Shown: positions 1 through 8,485, counted from the stretch's first letter. The stretch is DNA of 34,699 nucleotides from Patescibacteria group bacterium (GCA_018818235.1 JAHISE010000067.1:1-34699), one strand, 5' to 3'. The notes: generated by a model not told the origin, from the sequence alone. Program-made: numbers and translations.

Positions 1-45
1 TGGAAATATTGATATTTTTCCGTATATTAAAACAAATCCGTCATC

Positions 46-90
46 AGCCTTCGCTCCTCCGCTACGCTACGAAGCTACGGCCGACGAGAG
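46..90. repeat. CAGCCTTCGC...GCTACGGC hairpin element (~32-nt family)
   Basis: Same arms as copies at 2562, 2657, 7669, 9551, 25097 and 25696. Confidence 0.75.
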
Positions 91-124
91 GATGCTGTTA
101 TAGATAGAACTATTTTTCGGCTAT

Positions 125-213
125 AAAAAACAAATCCGTCACCAGAACGAATCTTTGCGGCGGAAGTGTTTTATCATCAGAATCAAAAAGTAAACTCTAA
201 TCAACTGACGACA
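125..213 (-). ncRNA. Candidate structured small RNA, copy 1 (stem plus terminator)
   Basis: Minus-strand promoter TTGAGA-17-TATACT (-10 at 219-224). Stem GTCGTCAG/CTGATGAT, then a hairpin and TTTGTTTTTT. Homologous to 2727-2816 with compensatory changes. Confidence 0.5.
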
Positions 214-372
214 TAACTAGTATAGCAAACTTGACCCTAAATCTCAATACTTCAAAATATTAAGTACCATTTATTGGCTTATTTAAGCCATAAAAATCTT
301 TTTGACAATATTTCCCCAAAATCGATGATTTTAGGAAATCCAGAAAAAAATAGGTAAAAAAGCTGAAAATCG

Positions 373-404
373 AAAAAGACCTCATCCCGCTGTGGAATGA
401 GGTC
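373..404 (-). terminator. Intrinsic terminator of the epimerase gene
   Basis: Minus-strand stem GACCTCATTCC/GGGATGAGGTC followed by TTTTT, 30 bp after the stop. Confidence 0.8.
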
Positions 405-433
405 GGTTCTTGTTGGCAGATATATCGACGATG

Positions 434-1306
434 TCAGCACGCCTGACTGGGCATTTGACTCGCCGCGTCCAGTTTTTTCCACATGTGCCGCAGACTTTCC
501 TTGGCGAATTGGTTGACGTCCGGATCCGAATTGAAGGCTTCGACCGACACATACCCTTGGTAATTGATGTCGAGCAGTGCCCTGAAGATCTTCGCAAAGT
601 CCAGATCGCCGTATCCGGGAGCTTGCAGGTTTGATTCGTTGGCATGGAAGTGAGCAAGCAAATTCCCATACTTACGAATCAAAGTAGCAACACTAGCTGT
701 TTCCTTCTCGCCGAGTTCAATGGCCTTGCAGTCCAACAGCAGCTGGACATATTTCGAATCAACTGTAGTGGCAAGTATCGAAGCTTCTTCAGCCGTAGTC
801 ACGAAGTCATTCTCGCATTCCGCCAGCGGCTCAAGTGCAAGTGTTACACCGGTTTGCTCCAAAGTCGGAACAACCCTCCTCAGCGTTTCTACCACATTAG
901 AGAAAGCATCTCTGACATCCGCACCACGCAAGTCACGATTGGGTGGCGAGCCCAAGACCATAACCTTGCCACCGATGTCTGCGCAGAACTTCGCAAGATC
1001 CTGCAGGTAGATGGCCGTCCGCAAACGAGTTTCACTACTACTGCTCGTCACGTGGAACTGCTGCGCAGAATTCTTGATCTTGGCGAAGAGCCAATGAAGG
1101 CCAATGATTTCGATCCCCGCATTCGAAGCTGTCTTCGCAATCCCCCTGCGTTTCGCTGCCGAAACCCCCCTGATGTCTCCATCACCTTCGTTGACAGAGA
1201 ACGGAGTCAGCTCCGCTGCAGTGTAGCCGCAATCCTTTGCAAGATGATCGAAAATCCTTCGCAACTTCCAGCCTTCGAATAGTTCAGTACAACATGCAAA
1301 CTTCAT
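434..1306 (-). CDS. Sugar phosphate isomerase/epimerase (AP-endonuclease-2 TIM barrel; D-psicose/D-tagatose 3-epimerase-like)
   Basis: Metal-ligand motifs LALEPL, LLLD, HFHANE, PGYGDLDF and YVSVE; AAAGGAG RBS. Confidence 0.85.
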   Translation of the reverse strand: MKFACCTELFEGWKLRRIFDHLAKDCGYTAAELTPFSVNEGDGDIRGVSAAKRRGIAKTASNAGIEIIGLHWLFAKIKNSAQQFHVTSSSSETRLRTAIYLQDLAKFCADIGGKVMVLGSPPNRDLRGADVRDAFSNVVETLRRVVPTLEQTGVTLALEPLAECENDFVTTAEEASILATTVDSKYVQLLLDCKAIELGEKETASVATLIRKYGNLLAHFHANESNLQAPGYGDLDFAKIFRALLDINYQGYVSVEAFNSDPDVNQFAKESLRHMWKKLDAASQMPSQAC

Positions 1307-1466
1307 CGTACCACTCCTTTTCTCAAAACCCGGGTTTCTGAAACAGAGCTTTATGCTCCAACAATCTAAACATCGGCTATTGCCGTTACTGCCAAAAGAA
1401 CAATCCCAAATCTAGTCTTAAAAAAAGACCATATCCAGAGAACCATCCTACAACCTACAAGCTAAT

Positions 1467-2186
1467 TCACCCTCCAATCGCCGCCACCGCTCTAACCCCA
1501 CTCTCCGTCAAATGAATATGCTTCTTATCAATCTGAATTAAACCGGTCTGAGCCAGATCATTTAGCTGCTTGGTAACAGTTTCCCGTGTCAGCCCTGTCA
1601 TATTTCCAAGCTTTTCATGAGTGATCTTTGTCGGACGTCTGAGGATTTCAGGAAGAATACTCCCGGAATCTTTTTGATTAAGAAGTTTTACGGTTGCCAG
1701 AATTCTGTCCTTTGCCTGCAGAGCAGAAAGAGCTCTTATTTGTGACTCGTACTGAGCAAGACGTTTATTTAAAACTTTTAACGCACGGAAAGCAACCTCC
1801 GGCCTCTTCTGCAATATCTGCAAAAAGTAATCGTGCGGCAAAGTGCAAAGGTAACCCTTCTGCGTAAACTCCGCATAATGCTTATCGTGCGACTCGGGAT
1901 CAAATCCAATGTTTCCGAATACCGCACCGGGTTTGAGTATATCCAGTATCACATGTTTGCCATCCACTGACTTATAAAGCGTCACCTCTCCCTCTTTTAA
2001 TATATAAACATTCTCTACTGAATCTTGCGGAGTATAAATGAACTCTTTATTTTCATATTCCCTGTCAAAAACTCCCTGAACCATCTCGTGCATTTCTTCT
2101 TCACTAATTCCTGCGAATAGTTCGATGCTTTGGAGGTACCAAAGAGGTGGGCGTGGCATAGTAAAATGAGTGTAGGAGTTTGGCAT
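1467..2186 (-). CDS. Crp/Fnr family transcriptional regulator
   Basis: cNMP-binding domain (ILKEGEV...PGAVFG) and C-terminal HTH (ITHEKLGNMTGLTRETVTKQL). Confidence 0.93.
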   Translation of the reverse strand: MPNSYTHFTMPRPPLWYLQSIELFAGISEEEMHEMVQGVFDREYENKEFIYTPQDSVENVYILKEGEVTLYKSVDGKHVILDILKPGAVFGNIGFDPESHDKHYAEFTQKGYLCTLPHDYFLQILQKRPEVAFRALKVLNKRLAQYESQIRALSALQAKDRILATVKLLNQKDSGSILPEILRRPTKITHEKLGNMTGLTRETVTKQLNDLAQTGLIQIDKKHIHLTESGVRAVAAIGG

Positions 2187-2339
2187 AGTAATAGGAAGGT
2201 AATTAGACGTTTCTTTTGTGCCTCTTTCTTACAAAGAAAGCTATAACGAGTCCAAAACCGGTGAGTAAAGAGATTCTAAACATGCGTGTATTTTGATCAG
2301 ATAGTGATTTGAGTTCTGTAAGGTTGATTACAATTTTCC

Positions 2340-2498
2340 CTCCACCTCCTCTCCCCCTGGCCCCCTCTCCACGGGAGAGGGGGAACTCCGCTATTGGAGA
2401 GAACAAACTTTAGATTCTCCAGTAGCGGAGCTCCCCTCCTCCTTAGGAGGAGGGGCCGGGGGTGGAGGGGCTACTTTGGAGAGGGGCCGGGGGTGAGG
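2340..2498. repeat. CCCCTCTCC/GGAGAGGGG double-hairpin element, copy 1
   Basis: Ends CCCCTGGCCCCCTCTCC and GGAGAGGGGCCGGGGGTGAGG; internal segments shared with 16641-16890. Confidence 0.85.
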
Positions 2499-2542
2499 TA
2501 ATATAATGCAAACAACAACAGCATCCATCTAAACCGAAGGTC

Positions 2543-2746
2543 ATTAAACAAAACCGCCAACCAGCCTTCGCTCGCTGCGGCGAGACTACGGCCGGCGGGA
2601 GATGTAATTAATCCACAAACATAATTTATATGCTGTTATTAAACAAAACCGCCAACCAGCCTTCGCCTATGGGCTACGGCCGGCGGGAGATGTAATTAAT
2701 CCACAAACATAATTTATATGCTGTTATTAAACAAAACCGCCAACCA
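2543..2746. repeat. Tandem repeat, 2 full units (95 and 88 bp) plus a partial third; each unit ends (minus strand) in a hairpin and U-tract
   Basis: ATTAAACAAAACCGCCAACCA starts at 2543, 2638 and 2726; the two full units differ only in the loop of the embedded hairpin element. Confidence 0.9.
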
Positions 2747-2816
2747 AATAAATTCGGAAGACGGTCCTGTAGCGTCACCGGATGAAATAAAGCAAGCTCC
2801 ATAACAACCAATGACA
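2727..2816 (-). ncRNA. Candidate structured small RNA, copy 2
   Basis: AAGTTTGCTATACTAGT promoter identical to copy 1 (-10 at 2822-2827). Stem GTCATTGG/CCGGTGAC, terminator ending GGCGGTTTTGTTT. Confidence 0.5.
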
Positions 2817-2933
2817 TTACTAGTATAGCAAACTTTACGTGTTTTTGGAACCCCAAAATTTGTATTCCATTAGCCATTTAAATGCAGATTTTTGACCTCG
2901 TGATCAACTAATCGCAAACATTTGTTGAAGATC

Positions 2934-2967
2934 AAAGGCCAGACGGATTCACTCCGTCTGGCCTTTT
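2934..2967. terminator. Strong hairpin terminator, possibly bidirectional
   Basis: Perfect stem AAAGGCCAGACGGA/TCCGTCTGGCCTTT plus T. Confidence 0.75.
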
Positions 2968-3065
2968 GCTTACCTACAAGTTACCTCCTTCAACCTAATA
3001 CAAGTCCCCTTTTCATAAAACCCACTCATTGCTATAGTGACTCCCTTCATTTCCTCTCCCACTCA

Positions 3066-4406
3066 ATGAAATACCAATCAAAAGAACAAGTCATGGATGC
3101 AATCGGTCGCGAGAATGTGCAGTTTATTCGGCTGCAGTTTACAGATACTTGCGGAGCACTAAAGGCTGTAACCATTCCCGCAAGTAAAATGGCAGACGCA
3201 ATAGACCACAATGTTTGGTTTGATGGATCTTCCATAGAAGGATTCACCAGAATTTGCGAAAGTGATATGTTCCTCAAGCTTGATCTTAGTACTTTTGCAA
3301 TTATCCCTTGGACAGTTGGAAATGGGATAGTTGTTGCAAGATGTATATGCAATGTGTTTCTTCCTGACGGGCAACCATTCGCAGGAGATCCCCGTCATAT
3401 TCTTGCTACACAAATAGAACGTGCAACCCGAATGGGATTTGATTACTACGTTGGACCGGAATTGGAATTTTTCTTGTTCGAAAAAGGTGAAAATGGAGAA
3501 CTTATGCCACTGCCTCACGACACGGCAGGCTACTTTGATCAAACATCAGACAAAGCTGCACAAATCAGAAAAGAAATTGCATTGGCACTGGATAAATTTG
3601 GTCTGGATGTGGAAGCACTTCATCATGAGGTTGCGGCAGCACAACACGAGATCGATTTTAAGTACGCAGATGCGCTATCAACTGCCGATGCTACGATGAC
3701 AATGAAGTTTACAATCAAAGCCATCGCAGAACAGCACGGACTTTATGGAACTTTTATGCCCAAACCGATTGCCGGAATAAACGGATCCGGAATGCACGTT
3801 CATCAGAGTCTTTTCAGGGAAGATACTCCCCTCTTCTTCGATGCAAACGATCCTTATAAGTTGTCACAAGTAGCAAAACAATTCTTAGCCGGTCAGTTGG
3901 CACACATAAAAGCGATATGTGCGATAACAAATCCTCTGGTTAATTCATACAAACGACTTGTAGCAGGATACGAAGCACCTGTTTACATAGCTTGGGGGCA
4001 GAAGAATCGTTCAACTTTGATTCGCGTTCCCAGATATACACCGGGACGCGAAAAAGCAACACGCTTCGAGCTACGATGTCCTGACCCAAGTACAAATCCA
4101 TATCTTGCATTCGCAGTAATGCTCGCAGCGGGGCTGGATGGAATAGAAAGACAAATGGAAGTACCAACTGCCGTTGAAGAAAACCTTTATGAACTTACCG
4201 TAGCAGAAGCTCGTGCCAAGGGATTTGACGTTTTGCCTCAGTCACTGGATGAATCACTAGGCTTTCTGGAGAAGGATACTGTTATTCGCGGTGCGCTCGG
4301 TGAACATACATACAACGCATTCACAAGAGCAAAGAAATCGGAGTGTGAACAATACAGAGTTCAAGTGAGTGAGTGGGAGATGGATGCTTACTTTGGGAAA
4401 TACTAG
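3066..4406 (+). CDS. glnA: Glutamine synthetase type I
   Basis: Motifs FDGSSI, GPELEFF, HHEVA..QHEI, FMPKP..GINGSGMHVHQS and RFELRCPD. Likely start is ATG 3066. Confidence 0.97.
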   Translation: MKYQSKEQVMDAIGRENVQFIRLQFTDTCGALKAVTIPASKMADAIDHNVWFDGSSIEGFTRICESDMFLKLDLSTFAIIPWTVGNGIVVARCICNVFLPDGQPFAGDPRHILATQIERATRMGFDYYVGPELEFFLFEKGENGELMPLPHDTAGYFDQTSDKAAQIRKEIALALDKFGLDVEALHHEVAAAQHEIDFKYADALSTADATMTMKFTIKAIAEQHGLYGTFMPKPIAGINGSGMHVHQSLFREDTPLFFDANDPYKLSQVAKQFLAGQLAHIKAICAITNPLVNSYKRLVAGYEAPVYIAWGQKNRSTLIRVPRYTPGREKATRFELRCPDPSTNPYLAFAVMLAAGLDGIERQMEVPTAVEENLYELTVAEARAKGFDVLPQSLDESLGFLEKDTVIRGALGEHTYNAFTRAKKSECEQYRVQVSEWEMDAYFGKY

Positions 4407-4407
4407 G

Positions 4408-4458
4408 CGACAGTTGACATTTGACTTTTGACAATTGACCTTCGACTTTCGACTTTCA
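4408..4458. repeat. Heptamer tandem arm (TTGACNN/TCGACTT), left
   Basis: About 7 degenerate 7-mers right after the glnA stop; inverse arm at 5027-5103. Confidence 0.8.
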
Positions 4459-4625
4459 ATAAATCACATACTCTGGCGTGGCTATGAAGCATTATTCACA
4501 AATTATTATAGAATTGACATTGGTATTATTTTGATATGGAATTGGTGTAATAATATATTCCCTTATCAAAAGCAAACTGTTCTGCCTTGCAATAGTTTTG
4601 CTGAGTGGTGTATGCTCTTCCACCC

Positions 4626-5021
4626 ATGGCAAATGACACCTCACAACAACCGGCTACTAAACAGGATATTACTGAGGCAATCGGAAATCTTCATCAATAC
4701 ATGGTTAAATGGAAAGATGAGAATCTGGTAAGTAATAAGAAATGGAAAGATGAAATCATTAATGCGACTGATGAAAAGATATTAAAGTCAGAAAACAGGA
4801 TAATTCGCATACTCAAAAGATATTTTGATACCAATATTGAGCTTGCACTTGAACGTCAGGAAACAAGCTTGATACATAAGTTTAATGTTATCGCCGAAAA
4901 CCTTCATCATAATGCAGTGGGTGCCAACAAAGATGAAATCGAAACGCTAAAAGATACACACAAAACTCATGACCTACGAATAACAAGATTGGAAAAACAC
5001 ACCAACCTCATTGCAGCCTGA
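4626..5021 (+). CDS. Small coiled-coil hypothetical protein
   Basis: 131 aa; PATKQDI motif and heptad-like C-terminus (RITRLE); -10 TATGCT just upstream. Confidence 0.75.
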   Translation: MANDTSQQPATKQDITEAIGNLHQYMVKWKDENLVSNKKWKDEIINATDEKILKSENRIIRILKRYFDTNIELALERQETSLIHKFNVIAENLHHNAVGANKDEIETLKDTHKTHDLRITRLEKHTNLIAA

Positions 5022-5026
5022 CCTAC

Positions 5027-5103
5027 TGTCGAAAGTCGAATGTCGATTGCGTAAAGCAACGTGGTTGCCACGCAACTTTACGTTGTCGATTGTAAACTAT
5101 CAA
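5027..5103. repeat. Heptamer tandem arm (GTCGAAW), right, interrupted by a CGTAAAG..CTTTACG hairpin
   Basis: TGTCGAAAGTCGAATGTCGATT...TGTCGATT is the reverse complement of the 4408 arm. Confidence 0.75.
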
Positions 5104-6164
5104 TTATTGACATAAACCGTCTGCGTCGGGAACGCCATCTCTATCCCCTCTTTTGCAAACGCTTCCATGATTTTCAGATTCATCTCCTGTTGAGATTCCA
5201 TATAATCAACATACTCGCTGGAAGTTGTGTAGTAAACAATCTCGTAATTCAGACTAAAGTCACCAAATTCAAAGAAATGCGCCCGATCAAACTCTGTCTT
5301 TTTCAAAGGATCAATGCTGTCCTTAATTATCTGAGGAATCTTTTTTAGTTTTTCCGTCGGAGTTGCATATGTAACACCGATATTAAACACAACCCGTCTC
5401 TTTTTCATTCTCTTAAAATTCTGCACTCTTGCCGTAGTTAATTCGCTATTCGAAATAACAATTTCCTCACCCTGTACCGATTCTATTCTGGTTGTTTTTA
5501 CTCCAATGTGTTTGACCTTACCTTTGTCCGTGCCAACTACAATAAAATCTCCTTCCTGAAACGGCTTGTCTATTGCAATCGAGAGCGAACTGAACATATC
5601 ACTAAGGACACTTTGTAGAGCAAGTGAAATTGCCAAGCCTCCAATACCTAAGCCCGCGATAAGTGATGTGATATTGAATCCAAGGTTGCTTAAGATCAAA
5701 AGCAAACCAACTGACCATAGAATTATTTTGATAAAGATAGAAAAAACTCCTGACACCCTTTTTTCTTCTTCCTCAGACAATCCTTGTTGCTTTGCCTTCA
5801 TGCTTTTTACGATGAAGAAGTGTATTACTCTTTCGATGAGTTTGATAACTTCGTAGATTACCGCGAATAGGAATATTCCCTTAAGCAACACATTGATCAC
5901 CGGAGTTAATGAGAGCGACTGAACGGATGAGTACAAAGCAATCGCCACATAAAACAGTCCCCCAACTCCTTCCAAGACATCCAGAATTACATCATCCAAC
6001 TTCATACTTGTCTTGCTTGCAATTTTACGAACCTTTTTAAGCAGAAACTTCCATATGATTGTAAGTGCAATATAGACCACAACAAACGTAGCTGTGGCAA
6101 TCAGAAGATCCTGAATGGTATTTGAGCCGATGCTTTTGGTTAGAATATCTGAGTAGTTTTCCAT
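5100..6164 (-). CDS. mscS: Small-conductance mechanosensitive channel (MscS family)
   Basis: TM3 motif IAGLGIGGLAISLALQ, DKPFQEGDFI, and C-terminal GIEMAFPTQ. Confidence 0.95.
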   Translation of the reverse strand: MENYSDILTKSIGSNTIQDLLIATATFVVVYIALTIIWKFLLKKVRKIASKTSMKLDDVILDVLEGVGGLFYVAIALYSSVQSLSLTPVINVLLKGIFLFAVIYEVIKLIERVIHFFIVKSMKAKQQGLSEEEEKRVSGVFSIFIKIILWSVGLLLILSNLGFNITSLIAGLGIGGLAISLALQSVLSDMFSSLSIAIDKPFQEGDFIVVGTDKGKVKHIGVKTTRIESVQGEEIVISNSELTTARVQNFKRMKKRRVVFNIGVTYATPTEKLKKIPQIIKDSIDPLKKTEFDRAHFFEFGDFSLNYEIVYYTTSSEYVDYMESQQEMNLKIMEAFAKEGIEMAFPTQTVYVNN

Positions 6165-6226
6165 ATGGAAATATTGTAACGCAATCTAATGCAACCGACC
6201 AGTTTTTAGTACTATACTGGTAGTCC

Positions 6227-6745
6227 ATGAAACACGCCCTCCTTTGCACCGAACAAGGTATCCCGCAAGGAACCTCAAATGTCGACTACGCACACGCTGC
6301 GCCGGGCAAGCTGCATAGAGCTTTTTCCATATTTATATTCAGAAATAATTATACTGAATTACTTATCCAAAAGAGGACTGACGGAAAGCGATTTGGAGGA
6401 CTCTGGGCAAATACCTGCTGTTCCCATCTGCAGGAAAACGAAGATTTGATCGCAGCAGCAGAGAAAAGGCTCAAGGAAGAGTGCGGATTCACCTGTCCAC
6501 TCACTGAACACTCCTCCTTTATATATAGAGCGAACGATCCAACTGGAGATGCTGTTGAATATGAGTTTGATTCGATATTAATAGGTGACTTCACAAACCC
6601 TAACCTTAATCCTGATCCCACCGAGATTTCCGAACTGAAATGGATCAACATCGATAAGCTTACAAACGAAATCGAAAACAATCCTGAGAAATTTGCACCA
6701 TGGCTTCCAATAGCACTTGATCGGATCTTGAGTATAGAAATTTGA
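6227..6745 (+). CDS. idi: Isopentenyl-diphosphate delta-isomerase, type 1 (NUDIX fold)
   Basis: Motifs LHRAFSIFIF, WANTCCSH, EYEFD and FAPW. Confidence 0.95.
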   Translation: MKHALLCTEQGIPQGTSNVDYAHAAPGKLHRAFSIFIFRNNYTELLIQKRTDGKRFGGLWANTCCSHLQENEDLIAAAEKRLKEECGFTCPLTEHSSFIYRANDPTGDAVEYEFDSILIGDFTNPNLNPDPTEISELKWINIDKLTNEIENNPEKFAPWLPIALDRILSIEI

Positions 6746-6756
6746 TAAGATATCGA

Positions 6757-6784
6757 CCGGATTCCGGATTCCGGATTCCGAATC
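6757..6784. repeat. Heptamer tandem repeat (CCGGATT)x4
   Basis: Read directly; the same unit occurs at 10117 and 15757 inside CDSs. Confidence 0.9.
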
Positions 6785-6802
6785 TACGCTTCGCATAACA
6801 AT

Positions 6803-7498
6803 ATGGATAAACCTTCAAGCTTACATCTCGCAATCATCCCTGACGGAAATAGACGTTGGGCGAAGAATCGCAGCCTCCACCCCTGGAAAGGACACGAACA
6901 AGCAATAGAAAACTTCCGATCTATAACAGAGTGGTGCAGAAACGATCCGCGTGTGAACATTCTGACTGTCTGGTGCTTCTCTACAGAAAACTGGAAGCGT
7001 GATCCAAAGGAAATAGAGATGCTTATGAAGATGTTGGAGGATTATTTAAGAAAGGAGCAGGAAGGTTTTATCGAAAAGAAGACAAAGTCCCTTCATTCCG
7101 GAAGAAAAGATAGGATCCCCTCTTCTCTTGCGCAGTTAATTGAGGAAGTTGAAAAGAAAACTGCTGACCAGTCCGAATTTACTCTGCACTTGGCTGTTGA
7201 TTACGGTGGGAAGGATGAGATCATACGTGCAATCAATAAAATATCCGTAACGGAAGATTGCGATCTTCCGCTGCGATCAGAAAATGGTATTCGTGAGCAT
7301 CTCGACCATCCGGAATTGTCTGATATTGATTTGATCATCCGAACTTCCGGTGAACAAAGAACCAGCAACTTCTTCCTTTGGCAAACTGTTCACTCCGAAT
7401 GGGTTTTTAATAACAAGTTGTTCCCTGATTTTGAAGTTAGTGACCTAGAATCTGCAGTTGATGACTTCGCAAATCGTACACGTCGCTTTGGTTCATGA
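6803..7498 (+). CDS. uppS: Undecaprenyl diphosphate synthase (cis-prenyltransferase)
   Basis: Motifs HLAIIPDGNRRWA, FSTENWKR, IIRTSGEQRTSNF and RRFG. Confidence 0.96.
   Translation: MDKPSSLHLAIIPDGNRRWAKNRSLHPWKGHEQAIENFRSITEWCRNDPRVNILTVWCFSTENWKRDPKEIEMLMKMLEDYLRKEQEGFIEKKTKSLHSGRKDRIPSSLAQLIEEVEKKTADQSEFTLHLAVDYGGKDEIIRAINKISVTEDCDLPLRSENGIREHLDHPELSDIDLIIRTSGEQRTSNFFLWQTVHSEWVFNNKLFPDFEVSDLESAVDDFANRTRRFGS
7246..7275 (+). repeat. Intragenic REP-like palindrome (in uppS)
   Basis: CGTAACGGAAGAT-TGCG-ATCTTCCGCTGCG. Confidence 0.8.
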
Positions 7499-8442
7499 AA
7501 AACATAGGTTCAGCTCCGGGAAAAATAATTCTTACCGGTGAGTACGCCGTAGTTTTCGGATTCCGTGGTATCGCAATCCCCTCTCCTCTGAAAATGGAAG
7601 TTGAGTTTGAAGAAAACAGATCGATCGAAGGGATTGAAGTTGAGTGGGAAGGTATTAAAGGTGACGAAACAGCCTTCGCCCAGCCGTCGCTCTCCGAGCT
7701 ATGGCCGGCAGGCAAGGCTACGGCTGTCCAGGGTTGGAATTCTAATTTAATAGAGATACTAAATTCAATTCAGCAATTCAAAGGAAAGATTTTTAATGGA
7801 AAACTGACTATCAAAAACTCAATCCCACTCGGAAAAGGTATGGGATCTTCAACTTCACTCGTAATTGCTGTGGCCAGATGCATGCTTGGTGGTGAATGCC
7901 GATCCGAAGCACTTGCGATCGAGAATAAACTGTCACCAAACAACAGTGGAATCGATTTCAATGTGATTTGGGAAGGTTGTCCCATACTGTTTAAGAAAGA
8001 TGAAAAACATCAATTAATTGATATACCCAAAGACTTTCTGAGTGATGCAATATTAATTGATACCGGCACACCAAATGAGTCAACAAAGGAGTTGGTAGCA
8101 TGGGTAACCGACCGTCGTGGTCGTAGCGGAAGATCGTTATCTTCCGATAATGTTTATGAGGCATTGGAAATGATCGGAAATTGTACAGAGCGCCTCATTA
8201 ATAATGATGATTTTTCAAAGATTATTGCTGATAATTATCGCGCCCAACTCACCCTCGGCATCGTCCCTCCTCAGGTTCAGGAATTAATCGAAGAAATTGA
8301 ACAGGCAGGAGGAGCCGCAAAGGTTATGGGGGCGGGCGGGAGAACGGGTGGGGGTGGGATGGTGTTGGCTCTACACAAAAATCTGAAGAATATTGAAGAA
8401 ATAGCTGCACAATATCATCTACAATCACTCACACTTAACTAA
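7495..8442 (+). CDS. mvk: Mevalonate kinase (GHMP kinase)
   Basis: Motifs APGKIILTGEYAVV, IPLGKGMGSS, SGID and AKVMGAGG..GGG; ATGA overlap with uppS. Confidence 0.88.
   Translation: MKNIGSAPGKIILTGEYAVVFGFRGIAIPSPLKMEVEFEENRSIEGIEVEWEGIKGDETAFAQPSLSELWPAGKATAVQGWNSNLIEILNSIQQFKGKIFNGKLTIKNSIPLGKGMGSSTSLVIAVARCMLGGECRSEALAIENKLSPNNSGIDFNVIWEGCPILFKKDEKHQLIDIPKDFLSDAILIDTGTPNESTKELVAWVTDRRGRSGRSLSSDNVYEALEMIGNCTERLINNDDFSKIIADNYRAQLTLGIVPPQVQELIEEIEQAGGAAKVMGAGGRTGGGGMVLALHKNLKNIEEIAAQYHLQSLTLN
7669..7727. repeat. Two nested ~32-nt hairpin elements inserted in frame in mvk
   Basis: ACAGCCTTCGCC[CAGCCGTCGCTCTCCGAGCTATGGCCGGCAGGC]AAGGCTACGGCTGT. Confidence 0.85.
8122..8146 (+). repeat. Intragenic REP-like palindrome (in mvk)
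   Basis: CGTAGCGGAAGATCGTTATCTTCCG. Confidence 0.85.
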
Positions 8443-8444
8443 GT

Positions 8445-8485
8445 CATTTTCCACTTTCCACTTTCCACTTTCCATTTTCCATTCC
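8445..8485. repeat. Heptamer tandem repeat (TTTCCAY), about 5 units
   Basis: Fills the mvk-mvaD spacer. Confidence 0.9.

Noticed and set aside
125-213. Hammerhead ribozyme or fluoride riboswitch (CUGAUGA on the minus strand)
   Set aside because: The motif forms a stem arm, is not conserved in copy 2, and the other core elements are missing
644-1282. 212-aa plus-strand ORF
   Set aside because: Antisense shadow of the epimerase gene with no recognisable motifs
2203-2406. 67-aa minus-strand ORF
   Set aside because: Its N-terminus is a translated repeat element; a 26-aa hydrophobic peptide from ATG 2283 is possible but unsupported
2543-2746. CRISPR array
   Set aside because: The units are near-identical with no unique spacers, there are fewer than three full units, and no cas genes are present
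2922-3065. N-terminal extension of glnA (likewise for the 17974, 27179, 29028 and 30519 ORF starts)
   Set aside because: The extensions cross terminators, repeats or promoters; downstream ATGs fit the family N-termini, signal peptides or promoter positions better
6803-7498. Genetic code 25 (TGA = Gly, as in Gracilibacteria)
   Set aside because: TGA ends uppS, mvaD, dcd and the thiolase at the expected lengths, and long genes have no internal TGA
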